A stretch of DNA of 64,000 bases, from positions 768,001-832,000 of the forward strand of contig CBDFLJ010000001.1 of the NCBI GenBank assembly GCA_965248835.1, given 5' to 3'. The notes below the pieces were generated by a model, which was given only the letters and a program-made list of their open reading frames with translations, did not search any database and was not told the origin of the DNA. The position numbers and the translations under genes were made by a program. Shown here one piece after another: positions 10,001 to 18,549 of the stretch (its first letter is position 1; each line of letters starts with the position of its first letter). This stretch comes from Alphaproteobacteria bacterium (lineage in GTDB: Bacteria; Pseudomonadota; Alphaproteobacteria; MPNO01).

Positions 10001-10586
10001 CATTAACCGTCACAACGCCGTCGTCCTCGGATCTTGCATAGACCCCTTCGCTGCACTCCTGGTTATCACTTGTGTCGCAAAGACCTTTGGCGGTGATCTT
10101 GCCCGTCACTGTAACCGTCACATCGCCAGCGGATCTTGCAGAGACTCCTCTGGCGTTAGTGCCCTTGGTGGTGATGCCGTTGGCACCGGTATCGACGGTG
10201 AGGGTGATGTCGGTATTACCGTAGGTGTCAGTGTCTTCGTTATGGGTATCAAAATTGATCCCGCTTGTCCCTGCCTCCGGAGCGATATCGCCGTTCAGAG
10301 TATTGACTTCGAGCGTGTTGTAGGTGTCGTCCGGACTATTGACCTTCACACCACCGGACAGGTTGCCGGTACAGGTCACCGTCGTGCCGTCAACGGTGCA
10401 CTTGTCCGCCGGCGTAATCGACTGCGCCTGCGCAGCGAGCCCGCCGCCGAGGAGCATCGCAGCCGCAACGGCCCAAGGCAGAAGCACGCGGCATATTGTG
10501 CGGGAACGCGAGACGCTCACCGCACCGTCCGCGCCACAGTCTTCGCGATCGCTCTCACTGTTGATCGCGCAACGCTTGTTTTGCAT
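7095..10586 (-). CDS. type Va autotransporter (AT2), paralog of AT1 with expanded repeat passenger and internal compensated frameshifts
   Basis: Same leader and CTVDGTTVTC motif; many VTV.TGDITT..E.S.GI.A.S repeats; barrel ending LRVTF. Confidence 0.9.
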   Translation of the reverse strand: MQNKRCAINSESDREDCGADGAVSVSRSRTICRVLLPWAVAAAMLLGGGLAAQAQSITPADKCTVDGTTVTCTGNLSGGVKVNSPDDTYNTLEVNTLNGDIAPEAGTSGINFDTHNEDTDTYGNTDITLTVDTGANGITTKGTNARGVSARSAGDVTVTVTGKITAKGLCDTSDNQECSEGVYARSEDDGVVTVNVTGDIETEGDPDEISGLGTTSSAGIYAKSGGDGGDDGAVTVTFTGNIKAKQRSRGIYANSDGAVTVNMKKGSNITTEGISADGIFALSNADGDGDVMVTVDGNINTLGERHSNGIAAESRGTGTVTVTVTGNINTSGKDSEGISADSRGDGDVTVTMTGDITTSDENSYGISADSRGDGDVTVTMTGDITTYGKESDGISAASDGDVTVDLEGDITTTKNKSGGISASIDDENSAGNIDITVVTGAITTSGEESAGIYAESYGKGDITVKMKNGSTITTSGEESAGIYARSYGNGAVTVDFTGDITTSGDNSTGIYVYSDNDSGTDNPNSSAVVEINVTGDITASGDNSQGIYAQSNGAISITLHGGTITSVQDAGIEISSGATNTLTILGPVTVRGGKMIRLSDGILQRFDDVLGGDKHETIDNYGTLTTPGTHRSGYRGQRLQQPWRAQLSIPAPRCFSVPAIRFTNEGDLSPGGANAPCRTTTLTGNFQNFMSNEQNIEAKGTFTVTIDNTGSDLLIVTDSASLDGTVRVVGAYRDSGTYKILDVPARLHPHRKRICNEVIDTLFMDFELNYLDDDDVGNDVDYVELIAARKQGVTFGEFAETANQRAVANALDSLPAANATALDVMAASSEEDIRAAYDARSGEVHASLKGALMGTGQRQVAAVKSRMAARFGNPGAQASTAASGTPPSPADGSSGLWVTGYRSRSETDATAGTARMDTDLDGVVFGIEGALGERWRLGVLGGYSRTDVSQRALLSSGSVDTWSAGLYGAAESGAARLSFGAVYNGHAVDSRRSVLSIGLSEIQNLSARYDARSWQVFAEAGYRVRSRDRMVEPFAGVSSIHLDTDGFSESGGDAALTSSSDIDHMMFATLGLRSAVQMDDTVRIRSMVGWRHAFGDTDPSSTHSMAGSPFTVTGAPTAEDALDIELGIETELSDTAVLGVAYKGRYGGGAADHGFNAGLRVTF
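8930..10150 (-). repeat. degenerate tandem coding repeats (about 75-100 bp) in AT2 passenger
   Basis: cagagatccc recurs at 9401, 9485, 9569 (84-bp period); ttgccataggat..tgcatagatccccgcgctctcctcgcccgaggtggtgatag at 9121 and 9211 (90-bp period). Confidence 0.9.
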
Positions 10587-10662
10587 GAAGGATCTGCTCC
10601 CGCCAAGACCCGTCGCCCCCGCAGCCGAAAAATCACGGCGCCGCCGAGATTCACGTCGTTCC

Positions 10663-10691
10663 AGGCTAACAACCGCTTATGCCTCGTGCAA
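10663..10691 (-). promoter_or_regulatory. sigma70-type promoter of AT2
   Basis: TTGCAC-N17-TAGCCT, TG extended -10; spacer diverged from AT1 copy while hexamers are conserved. Confidence 0.65.
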
Positions 10692-11146
10692 CCGCATCGG
10701 GGGTATTCGCCGGGCGATCGCCGCCGTCCAACGCAGCACGCGCCGACCTGCGGTCGGTCACCGTGTCATGGTTCAGCCGGATCCCGGTGCTGCGGACCGC
10801 CTCCAGGCGGCCGGGGTCCGTGGCGAGCGGGGTTCTCGATGTCGTAATCGCCGTCCCGGATAGCATCCTGGATCGCGGGCAGGCTCGCGAAGGCGTCGCC
10901 CTCCTCGACGGCATCGTGGCGGCGGTAGCGGACATCGGCGTCATAGCGGAGGTCGAGGCCGACGGTCAGGCTGCCGCGGCGCGGGACACGATCCGACATC
11001 CGGCAGCACGACCGTTCGCGAACCGGGCGAAGCCGGCCGGGATTCCGGGGCGCCGAAGCGCCGTAACGCGCCGGGCAGGGTGCCGTGTCGTTGCGATGCG
11101 AAGCTGCGTGGCGGCGCATGCTGCCGCGAAGCGCTGCCCGGGCGGG

Positions 11147-11389
11147 TCAGCGCCCTATCGAGACCGGCGGCTGTCGGATGGAGACCAGGTCCGGCGCGGG
11201 CCCGGCAAGGGCGGTCGCATGCTCGCGCAGGACGCAGACATGGGTTCGCCGGCCGGCCGCCTCGTTCTCCAGAACCGCCTGCATGCTGCAGGTCGGCGGT
11301 GAGGAAAGGCTTTGCGACGTCCTCATCGCGAAGACCGAGCCGTCGTCCAGCGCGAACAGCACGATCAGCACATAGGGCAGGGATGTCAT
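11147..11389 (-). CDS. small hypothetical protein (80 aa), hydrophobic N-terminus, two Cys
   Basis: MTSLPYVLIVLFALDDGSVFAM..; purine-rich AGGGGG upstream; protein-like composition. Confidence 0.55.
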   Translation of the reverse strand: MTSLPYVLIVLFALDDGSVFAMRTSQSLSSPPTCSMQAVLENEAAGRRTHVCVLREHATALAGPAPDLVSIRQPPVSIGR

Positions 11390-11443
11390 CTCATCGCCCC
11401 CTGCCAAACGATCCGGGCGATCCATGGCGCGCCCCTGGTGCGG

Positions 11444-11641
11444 TCAGCCGGAGCGATGCGGTGCCGCATCCTTGCGCGCGAACCGCCGCCCGGCCGCTGT
11501 CGAATAGATCCGCCGCGGCAGACGGGCGGATCGGAGCGCGAACGCGGCGATCGCCTTTACCGTGTTCGGCCGCCTCACGCGCCGGCCGGGGCGCAGCGCG
11601 TCCTGCAGAATCGCATTGAAGTAGATCGACAGAGCGTCCAT
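11444..11641 (-). CDS. small basic hypothetical protein (65 aa)
   Basis: Strong RBS AAGGAGGG before MDALSIYFNAILQDALRP; candidate promoter upstream. Confidence 0.5.
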   Translation of the reverse strand: MDALSIYFNAILQDALRPGRRVRRPNTVKAIAAFALRSARLPRRIYSTAAGRRFARKDAAPHRSG

Positions 11642-11692
11642 CGGGAGCCCTCCTTCGAGACCGTATCGGCGTGCAAGGCCGGCCCGAACGTA

Positions 11693-11774
11693 CGCACGTC
11701 GTGCGCATAGCTCCTGTTTATCCGCACCTGGTGCGCTTTTCAAGTTGAAAAACGGCCGTCTTGGCAATTAACAT
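11693..11774. promoter_or_regulatory. divergent promoter region with two CGCAC-N3-GTGCG palindromes and a TTTTCAA-G-TTGAAAA palindrome
   Basis: cgcacgtcgtgcg 11693-11705; cgcacctggtgcg 11723-11735; ttttcaagttgaaaa 11737-11751; TTGAAA-N17-TAAACA (minus) and TTGAAA-N18-TAACAT (plus). Confidence 0.6.
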
Positions 11775-11873
11775 GAGCGGTGTGCCGATTCAGGCTGCCA
11801 ACGATAACGCCCCCGACAGGAGGCTTGGGTGAGGAGCCCTGAAAACGCTTTGCGGTCGGGCGGCGGCGGGCGC

Positions 11874-12170
11874 ATGACACCGGCCGCCTTCAAGCGGTGG
11901 CGCAAATCCTTGAGACTGTCGCAGAAAGAAGCCGCGCACGCCCTCGGCCTCAAGCGGCGCATTCTCCAGTATTACGAGAAGGGTGAGCGGGACGGCCATC
12001 CGGTCGCGATCCCCAAGACCGTTCGGCTCGCCTGCTACGCGATCGCGCAGGGATGCCAGGACTACGCCGGACCCGCGGAAACGTCGGACGGGCGGGAAGC
12101 CGGTCGCGAGACCAAGCCCGCCAAGCCCGCCAAGCCCACCAAGCCCCGCGCCACGGCCGAGCCGGGGTGA
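11874..12170 (+). CDS. XRE-family helix-turn-helix transcriptional regulator
   Basis: FKRWRKSLRLSQKEAAHALGLKRRILQYYEKG; C-terminal KPAKPAKPTKP from a 9-bp repeat. Confidence 0.88.
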   Translation: MTPAAFKRWRKSLRLSQKEAAHALGLKRRILQYYEKGERDGHPVAIPKTVRLACYAIAQGCQDYAGPAETSDGREAGRETKPAKPAKPTKPRATAEPG

Positions 12171-12231
12171 GTGCGGCGATCAGGCCATTTCGTTCAATCA
12201 GGCCCTGGGCCTCGCCGTCGTCGTGACCTCG

Positions 12232-13218
12232 ATGGCTCTTGATAGCGCGCAATTCTTGGACGGGACTGCCGATGCGGGGCCAGGCGATCGGGCGTCCGCC
12301 ACGCGGGCCTCCCGGTTGCCGCCGCTTCCTTGCAAAGCGGCGCGGGACCGCCTCGACGACCGGTTCAAGACCGTGACGGCGTTCAACGAGATCGTCCGCG
12401 GCGCGCTGGAGCAGCTTTACCTGAACGAGGCGCCGACGCTGCGCGGCGATCCGGGAGGTCTTCATCAAACACGCGTCGCATTCAGACGATTGCGGGCGGC
12501 GCTGCGCGCGTTCAAGACCTTGCTGCGCTATGACGGCAGGAAGGCGTTCAACGGGGAGTTTCGATGGTTTCAGCAGCGGCTCAGCCCGGCCCGGGACTGG
12601 CACGTCTTTGTCGATGAAACATACCCGAAGATCGTGTCGTCGGCGCACGATCGCACCCGACTCCGAGAGGTCGAGGCCGCGGCCCGCCGCGCCGGACGCA
12701 TGGCGAATCGGGGCGCGATCGATGTCTTGCGGAGCCGGCGCTACACCCGTTTGATCCTGCGGTTCGAGGCGTGGCTCGAAGGCCTTCCGGCCACGTTCGA
12801 CACCCGGGCGGGCAACAAGCCGGTCACGAAATTTGCCAGATCGGTCCTGCGAAAGACGCGGCGAGACCTGTTCGCCCTGACCCGATCGGTTTCGCGCCTG
12901 TCCGACGATCAGGCGCATGCCGTGCGAATTCGCGGCAAGAAGGCGCGATACGGGGCCGAGTTCTTCAGCCAGCTCTTCCGGCCGGACGAAGCCAGACCCT
13001 ATATTAAATCGCTGCAGAGGCTGCAGGACAAGCTGGGCGATGCGAACGATGCGGCGGTCGCCCGTCACCTGATGTCCCGGCTGGGGCCCGGCGAAATCGA
13101 TCCGCAGGCGCTGATCATCGTCGACCGCTGGGCCGAGCAACGCAAGCGCAGCGCATTGCGGGCCGCGCAGCCCAGTTGGCGCGCCCTCGCGAGGTCGGCG
13201 CCGTTTTGGGAGGAATGA
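12232..13218 (+). CDS. CHAD domain protein
   Basis: LHQTRVAFRRLRA, ARDWHVF, HAVRIRGKKARY, LQDKLGDAND; start uncertain. Confidence 0.88.
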   Translation: MALDSAQFLDGTADAGPGDRASATRASRLPPLPCKAARDRLDDRFKTVTAFNEIVRGALEQLYLNEAPTLRGDPGGLHQTRVAFRRLRAALRAFKTLLRYDGRKAFNGEFRWFQQRLSPARDWHVFVDETYPKIVSSAHDRTRLREVEAAARRAGRMANRGAIDVLRSRRYTRLILRFEAWLEGLPATFDTRAGNKPVTKFARSVLRKTRRDLFALTRSVSRLSDDQAHAVRIRGKKARYGAEFFSQLFRPDEARPYIKSLQRLQDKLGDANDAAVARHLMSRLGPGEIDPQALIIVDRWAEQRKRSALRAAQPSWRALARSAPFWEE

Positions 13219-13317
13219 TCCCGGCTGTCCCGCGCGAACGCCGGGCGCTGCCCCATCGTTGCGCCGGGCTGTTATAGTCGCCCGCAAAGACGACCGACAA
13301 CATCGGGGGAGGATCGG

Positions 13318-14055
13318 ATGCCGGGCTTCGAGACCACGATCGCCGCCAGCGGCGGCAGCGCCGCGTTCGACACCTACATCGCCCTGCCCGATTCCGGCCC
13401 CGGCCCGGGCGTGATCATCATGTGCTCGGTCTACGGCGTGACCGAGGACGTCAGGGCGATGGCCGACGAGATGGCCGCCAGGGGCTTCGCGGCCGCGGCG
13501 CCGGATCTGTTCTGGCGCGGCGATGCGGGCCCGCTGGGCCGCGACGAGGACGGCATGCGCCGGGCCAAGGCGCGCGGCGGCGACCGCGCGGCGATCATCG
13601 AGCGCGGCATGGCCGATCTCGCCGACACCATGGCCGACCTCAAGGCGCGGCCGGAATGCAACGGGCGGATCGCGGTGATCGGGCTGTGCTACGGCGGGCC
13701 TTATGCCATCCTGGGCCCCGCCCGGCTCGGCTGCGCGGCCGGCCTCGCCTTCCACGGCACCAGGGTCCAGGACTATCTCGACCGGCTCGATGCGGTGGAC
13801 GTCCCGCTGAGTCTGCACTGGGGCGATCAGGACCATGCCGCACCGCCCGCGGACCTCGCCCGGATCCAAGCCGCCGTTGCCGGCAAGGACAACGCCGAGG
13901 TCGTCGTCTACCCCGGGGTCAAGCACGGCTACAGCGAGCCCGAGGCGGTGGAGTCCTATGACGCCGATGCGACCGAGCGGTCGTTCGCGCGGGCCTATGA
14001 GATCATCGCAAGGTTGCGCGGAGCGGGCGAGAGCCTGGCCGGCGCGGCGCAATAG
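13318..14055 (+). CDS. dienelactone hydrolase family protein
   Basis: APDLFWR, GLCYGG nucleophile, YPGVKHGY; GGAGG RBS. Confidence 0.92.
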   Translation: MPGFETTIAASGGSAAFDTYIALPDSGPGPGVIIMCSVYGVTEDVRAMADEMAARGFAAAAPDLFWRGDAGPLGRDEDGMRRAKARGGDRAAIIERGMADLADTMADLKARPECNGRIAVIGLCYGGPYAILGPARLGCAAGLAFHGTRVQDYLDRLDAVDVPLSLHWGDQDHAAPPADLARIQAAVAGKDNAEVVVYPGVKHGYSEPEAVESYDADATERSFARAYEIIARLRGAGESLAGAAQ

Positions 14056-14135
14056 CCTGGCCGCGCGCTGCGCGCGATCATGCCGGGCAGCGGGACGGCG
14101 GCGGTCGATGCGCATCGATATCCGGGAGCGGGCCG

Positions 14136-15452
14136 ATGACGGGACTGAACGAGCTGACCGCGACCGAGGCCGCGCGCCGGATCCATGACGGCGAGGCGAC
14201 CTGCGAGGCGGTGGTCACCGACTGCATTTTGCGGATCGAGGCGCGCGAGCCCGACGTGCGCGCCTGGGAATATCTCGATCCCGAATACGCGCTCGACCAG
14301 GCACGCGCGATCGATGCCGGGCCGAGGCGCGGACCGCTCCACGGCGTGCCGGTGGGCATCAAGGACATCTACGACACCGTCGACATGCCGACGACCCACG
14401 GCTCGCCGATCTACCGGGGCAACCGGCCGGCGATGGATGCCGCCGCGGTCGCCATGCTGCGGGCGGCCGGAGCGCTGATCCTGGGCAAGACGGTTTCCAC
14501 CGAGTTCGCGGCGTCGAACCCGTCGAAGACCCGCAACCCGCACAACATCGAACACACCCCGGCCGGATCCTCCAGCGGCTCCGCGGCCGCGGTCGCCGAC
14601 ATGATGGTGCCGGCGGCGCTTGGCTCGCAGACCGCGGGCTCGGTGATCCGCCCGGCCGCGTTCTGCGGCACCGTCGGCTACAAGGCGACGTTCGGCATCC
14701 TCAATCGGCGCGGCCTCGCCGCCCAGGCCGAATCGCTCGACACCATCGGCTGCATGACGCGCTGCGTCGACGATCTGGCACTGCTGACCGCCGTGCTGAC
14801 CTGCCGGACGCCGCCGCCGCCCGGGCAGATGCCCGACCGGAAGCCGCGGATCGGGCTGTGCCGGACCCATCTCTGGCGCGACCTCGACCCCGCCGCCGTC
14901 GAAGCGACCGAGGATGCCGCGGCCAGGCTCGCCGCAGCCGGTGCAGAGGTCCGCGAATGCGCCCTGCCGGCGCACTTCGCCGACATAACGGAGGTCCAGT
15001 GGAGCGTGCTCGCCGTCGAGGCCTCGCGCGCCTATGCCCATGAGTGGAACAACCACCGCGAGGCGCTGAGCGCGAAGATGCGCGCGGTCTTCGAGCAGGG
15101 CTGGAGCACCCCGGACGAGGACTATGTCGCGGCTCTTGCCTTCGGCGAGCGCTGCCGTGCCGAGTTCGCATCGATCATCGAAGGGCACGATCTGTTGCTC
15201 GCCCCGAGCGCGCAGGGCGAGGCGCCTCACGGGCTCGACTGGACCGGCGACGTGCGGTTCCAGACGATGTGGTCGTTCCTGCGGGTGCCGGCCATCACGC
15301 TGCCGACCCACACCGGACCCAACAACATGCCGGTCGGCAACCTGCTGGTCGGGCCGGCGCACGGCGACCGGGCGCTGTTCGACAACGCGCGGTGGGCCGA
15401 ATCCGTGCTGATGCAGGACGGCGTGCCGCTTCCTACTGCGCCGCCGCGGTGA
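14136..15452 (+). CDS. amidase (amidase-signature family)
   Basis: GPLHGVPVGIKD, GSSSGSAAAVA, GSQTAGSVIRPA. Confidence 0.93.
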   Translation: MTGLNELTATEAARRIHDGEATCEAVVTDCILRIEAREPDVRAWEYLDPEYALDQARAIDAGPRRGPLHGVPVGIKDIYDTVDMPTTHGSPIYRGNRPAMDAAAVAMLRAAGALILGKTVSTEFAASNPSKTRNPHNIEHTPAGSSSGSAAAVADMMVPAALGSQTAGSVIRPAAFCGTVGYKATFGILNRRGLAAQAESLDTIGCMTRCVDDLALLTAVLTCRTPPPPGQMPDRKPRIGLCRTHLWRDLDPAAVEATEDAAARLAAAGAEVRECALPAHFADITEVQWSVLAVEASRAYAHEWNNHREALSAKMRAVFEQGWSTPDEDYVAALAFGERCRAEFASIIEGHDLLLAPSAQGEAPHGLDWTGDVRFQTMWSFLRVPAITLPTHTGPNNMPVGNLLVGPAHGDRALFDNARWAESVLMQDGVPLPTAPPR

Positions 15453-16422
15453 TCTTGGTCACCTGCATCTTGCGGTAATCGCCGGCCAGGACGGGTGCGT
15501 GCCGGGCCGGCGAACCGTCGGCCCGGCAGGTTTCGATGCACTCGATCAGGGCATCCCGGTTGGGGTGCACGAAATACGCGATCGACAGGCGCGCGACCGG
15601 CCGGTCCGCTGCCGCAGGCGGGTTGACCACCCGGTGCAGGTTCGAAAGCCAGCGGTCGTTGGTCCAGCGCATCATCAGATCGCCGATATTGACGATGAAA
15701 GCGTCGGCGGCCGGGAACACCTCGACCCACGCGCCCGACCGGGTGCGGACCTGCAGCCCGCCCGGCGTGTCGTCGGCAAGCAGGATGGTGTGCGAGCCGA
15801 AATCGGTGTGCGCGCCGCAACGCAGCTGGCCCGGCAACGGGGGTGCGTCGGGGGCCGGGTAGTGCAGCAGGCGGACGACGCTCGCATGGCGGTCGAACTT
15901 GTCGAGGAAGAAATCGGTCTCCAGACCGAGGGCGGCGGCGAAGACAAGCAGCAGCCGGACATTGAGCGCCTCGACCGCGCGGTAATAGGCCTTGAAGGTC
16001 TCGGCCAGCCCGGGGACCGCATCGGGCCAGATGTTGGGCTGGTAGGCATAGGCCGCCTCGGGCGCGGTGTAGTAGGACTCGTCGGGCCGGTCGAACGGGC
16101 CGAATATGTAGCCTTCGCGCAGGTCCGGCGGCGCCTTCGCGCCGCCCGAGGAGCCGTTATGCTCCTCGGCCAGCGGCGTGTAGCCGCGGTTGAGGTGCAT
16201 CGTAGGGTCGAGATAGCCGCGCTTGGTGGCCTCGGGCAGCCCGAACAGCGCCCAACCCCCTTTGCGCATGCGTTCGATCGTCCGGTCGGGGACGCCGTGT
16301 CCGGTCACGGTCAGGAAACCGATGTCTTCGACCGCGCGGGCGATTTCGGCCGCGATTGCCGCCCGCGTGGTCGGGCCGCCGGTCTCGAAACCGCCGATGT
16401 CGACGATCGGGACCTCGTGCAT
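15433..16422 (-). CDS. 2-oxoglutarate/Fe(II) oxygenase (isopenicillin N synthase family)
   Basis: GFLTVTGHGV, LLHYP, GAHTDFG, NIGDLM.RWTND, HRVVNP, RLSIAYF. Confidence 0.92.
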   Translation of the reverse strand: MHEVPIVDIGGFETGGPTTRAAIAAEIARAVEDIGFLTVTGHGVPDRTIERMRKGGWALFGLPEATKRGYLDPTMHLNRGYTPLAEEHNGSSGGAKAPPDLREGYIFGPFDRPDESYYTAPEAAYAYQPNIWPDAVPGLAETFKAYYRAVEALNVRLLLVFAAALGLETDFFLDKFDRHASVVRLLHYPAPDAPPLPGQLRCGAHTDFGSHTILLADDTPGGLQVRTRSGAWVEVFPAADAFIVNIGDLMMRWTNDRWLSNLHRVVNPPAAADRPVARLSIAYFVHPNRDALIECIETCRADGSPARHAPVLAGDYRKMQVTKITAAAQ

Positions 16423-16450
16423 TGCCTGCGCCTCCGTCGTGCCGCGGGCG

Positions 16451-17668
16451 CTATCCGAACGCCGGCTGGGCGATGGTCCGCCGCAGCGGGCGGTCGTCGA
16501 TCGGCATGTGCAGCCCGGCCGCGATCACGCCCAGCACCGCACCGCCCCAGAAGATCGCATCGTAGTTGCCCATCGCATCGTAGACGATGCCGCCAAGCCA
16601 GATCCCGAGAAAGCTTCCGATCTGGTGGCTGAAAAAGGTAAGCCCGACCAGCGTGGCGAGGAATTTGGTGCCGAAGATCCGGGCGACGATCCCGGTGGTG
16701 AGCGGCACGGTGGCCAGCCACAGCAGCCCCATCGTGGACGCGAACAGGATCACGCTCACCGGCCCGATCGGCACCAGCATGAAGACCGTCATGAACACCG
16801 CGCGAGCCAGGTAGATGATCGACAGCAGATACTTCATGCTGTAGCGCGCGCCCAAATTTCCCCAGGCGATGCAGCCGATGATGTTGAACCCGCCGATCAG
16901 CGCGAGCCCAGTCGCGGCCAGCCAGGGCGGCTGGCCCAGATCGGCGAGATAGGCCGGCAGGTGCGCGCCGATGAACATGGTCTGGAAGCCGCAGACGAAG
17001 TAGCCGGCGATCAGCAATTTGTAGCCGAAATGCCGGCCCGCCTCGTCGAGCGCCTCGCCGATGCGCTGGTTCGAAGTCTCGGCCGCGCCGAGCTTGTTGC
17101 CGCCGGCCAGGGCCGCGGACAGCGGCACCACCAAGGCCACCATCGCAGCGATGATCATCAGCGAGATCGTCCAGCCATAGGCCGAAAGGAACCATTGTCC
17201 GACAGGGACCAGGATGAGCTGTCCCGAAGAGCCGCCGGCCGAGGCGATGCCGAGATAGATGGTGCGCCGTTCGGGTCCGGCGATCCGGCTGACCACCGAA
17301 AGGACGATCGGAAAGCCGGTCATCGACATGCCGAACCCGGTCAGGACGCCGATCCCGATGGTGGCATCCATCGGTACGGCGGCTTGCGACATCACCCATA
17401 GGCCGCAGGCATAGAGCAAGCCCCCGGCGGTGATCACCCTGGCCGGTCCGAAGCGGTCCGCCACCCAGCCGAAGAACGGCGTCAACACCCCCCAGACCAG
17501 GCTCTGGAAAGCCAGCGCGAAAGCGAACACCTGGCGGTCCCAGCCGAGATCGGTGCTCACCACCTCCATATAGAGTCCGAGGTTCTGGCGCAGGCCGAAC
17601 GACACCAGCAGGATCAGCGTCCCGCAGGTCAGCACCACCATGGGCGTACGCCAACCACTCGGGCTCAT
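16451..17668 (-). CDS. MFS transporter
   Basis: About 12 hydrophobic segments, GWVADRFG motif A, GYFVCGFQ, SHQIGSFLG. Confidence 0.92.
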   Translation of the reverse strand: MSPSGWRTPMVVLTCGTLILLVSFGLRQNLGLYMEVVSTDLGWDRQVFAFALAFQSLVWGVLTPFFGWVADRFGPARVITAGGLLYACGLWVMSQAAVPMDATIGIGVLTGFGMSMTGFPIVLSVVSRIAGPERRTIYLGIASAGGSSGQLILVPVGQWFLSAYGWTISLMIIAAMVALVVPLSAALAGGNKLGAAETSNQRIGEALDEAGRHFGYKLLIAGYFVCGFQTMFIGAHLPAYLADLGQPPWLAATGLALIGGFNIIGCIAWGNLGARYSMKYLLSIIYLARAVFMTVFMLVPIGPVSVILFASTMGLLWLATVPLTTGIVARIFGTKFLATLVGLTFFSHQIGSFLGIWLGGIVYDAMGNYDAIFWGGAVLGVIAAGLHMPIDDRPLRRTIAQPAFG

Positions 17669-17820
17669 CGACTGCCCCTTTCGAGGGTGACCCGCCGCTC
17701 GTACAGCGGCAGCGCGCGCGGTCTATAGCATGTCGGCAGGCGCGAACGCCGGTATTTTGCCCCCGGCGCGGGACGTGCGACAATCGCACGGGGTGTTTCC
17801 GCGTTACGGAGGGCGCTGGT

Positions 17821-18549
17821 TTGGCATTTGACACCGATGGCGGCATCGCCATCGTCCACAGCTCCGATATCCATGTCGATGACGGCTACACCGCCCGTGC
17901 GCATGGCGGCGACGGGACCAGGGGCCTGCGCTGCGTGCTTGCCACCGCGCACAAGCTGGGCGCCGACCTGGCGCTGCTCGCCGGCGATGTCTTCGAGCAC
18001 AACCGGCTGCCCCAGGCGCTGATCGACCGGGCGGTCGGCGTGCTCGAAGAGGCCGCGATCCCGATCGTCATCCTGCCCGGCAACCACGACCCGCTGACCC
18101 CGGGCTCGGTCTACGAGCGCGGCGCCGTCCATGGCCCGGACAACGTGCACGTGATCGGCCTGACTGCGGAGCAGGCGGTCACCTTCCCGCATTTGGACCT
18201 GGAAGTCTGGGGCCACGCCCACCGCGACTACGGCAACATGGCACCGCTTGCCAGCGCGCGTGCGCGCACCACGCGCTGGCAGATCGTCATGGCGCACGGC
18301 CACTATGAGAATGCGGACGAGGTCGGCGCCGTCCACCGCCCGTCCTGGCTGATCTCCGATGCCCAGATCGCCGCGACCGGGGCGGACTATGTCGCGCTCG
18401 GCCACTGGAACCGGGCCGTCCGGGTGGGCAACGGCGCGGTGCCGGCCTACTACTCAGGCTCACCGGATCTCGCCAATACCGTCAACATGGTCCGCCTCGA
18501 TGCCGGCGGCACCGTGGCCGTCGCACGCGAAGACATCATCTGGGACTGA
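17821..18549 (+). CDS. metallophosphoesterase, SbcD/Mre11-like
   Basis: SDIH, AGDVFE, PGNHD, MAHG, DYVALGHW, YSGSP. Confidence 0.85.
   Translation: MAFDTDGGIAIVHSSDIHVDDGYTARAHGGDGTRGLRCVLATAHKLGADLALLAGDVFEHNRLPQALIDRAVGVLEEAAIPIVILPGNHDPLTPGSVYERGAVHGPDNVHVIGLTAEQAVTFPHLDLEVWGHAHRDYGNMAPLASARARTTRWQIVMAHGHYENADEVGAVHRPSWLISDAQIAATGADYVALGHWNRAVRVGNGAVPAYYSGSPDLANTVNMVRLDAGGTVAVAREDIIWD

Noticed and set aside
8930-10150. Possible CRISPR array or DGR template/variable repeat pair
   Set aside because: Units are in-frame coding repeats with no unique spacers; no cas or reverse transcriptase gene in the window; differences between units are not restricted to adenines
10700-11000. Minus-strand stretch with protein-like text (LTVGLDLRYDADVRY..IQDAIRDGDYDIE; LEAVRSTGIRLNHDTV in another frame)
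   Set aside because: May be a frameshifted gene relic, but I recognise no family, RBS or clear boundaries; needs BLASTX
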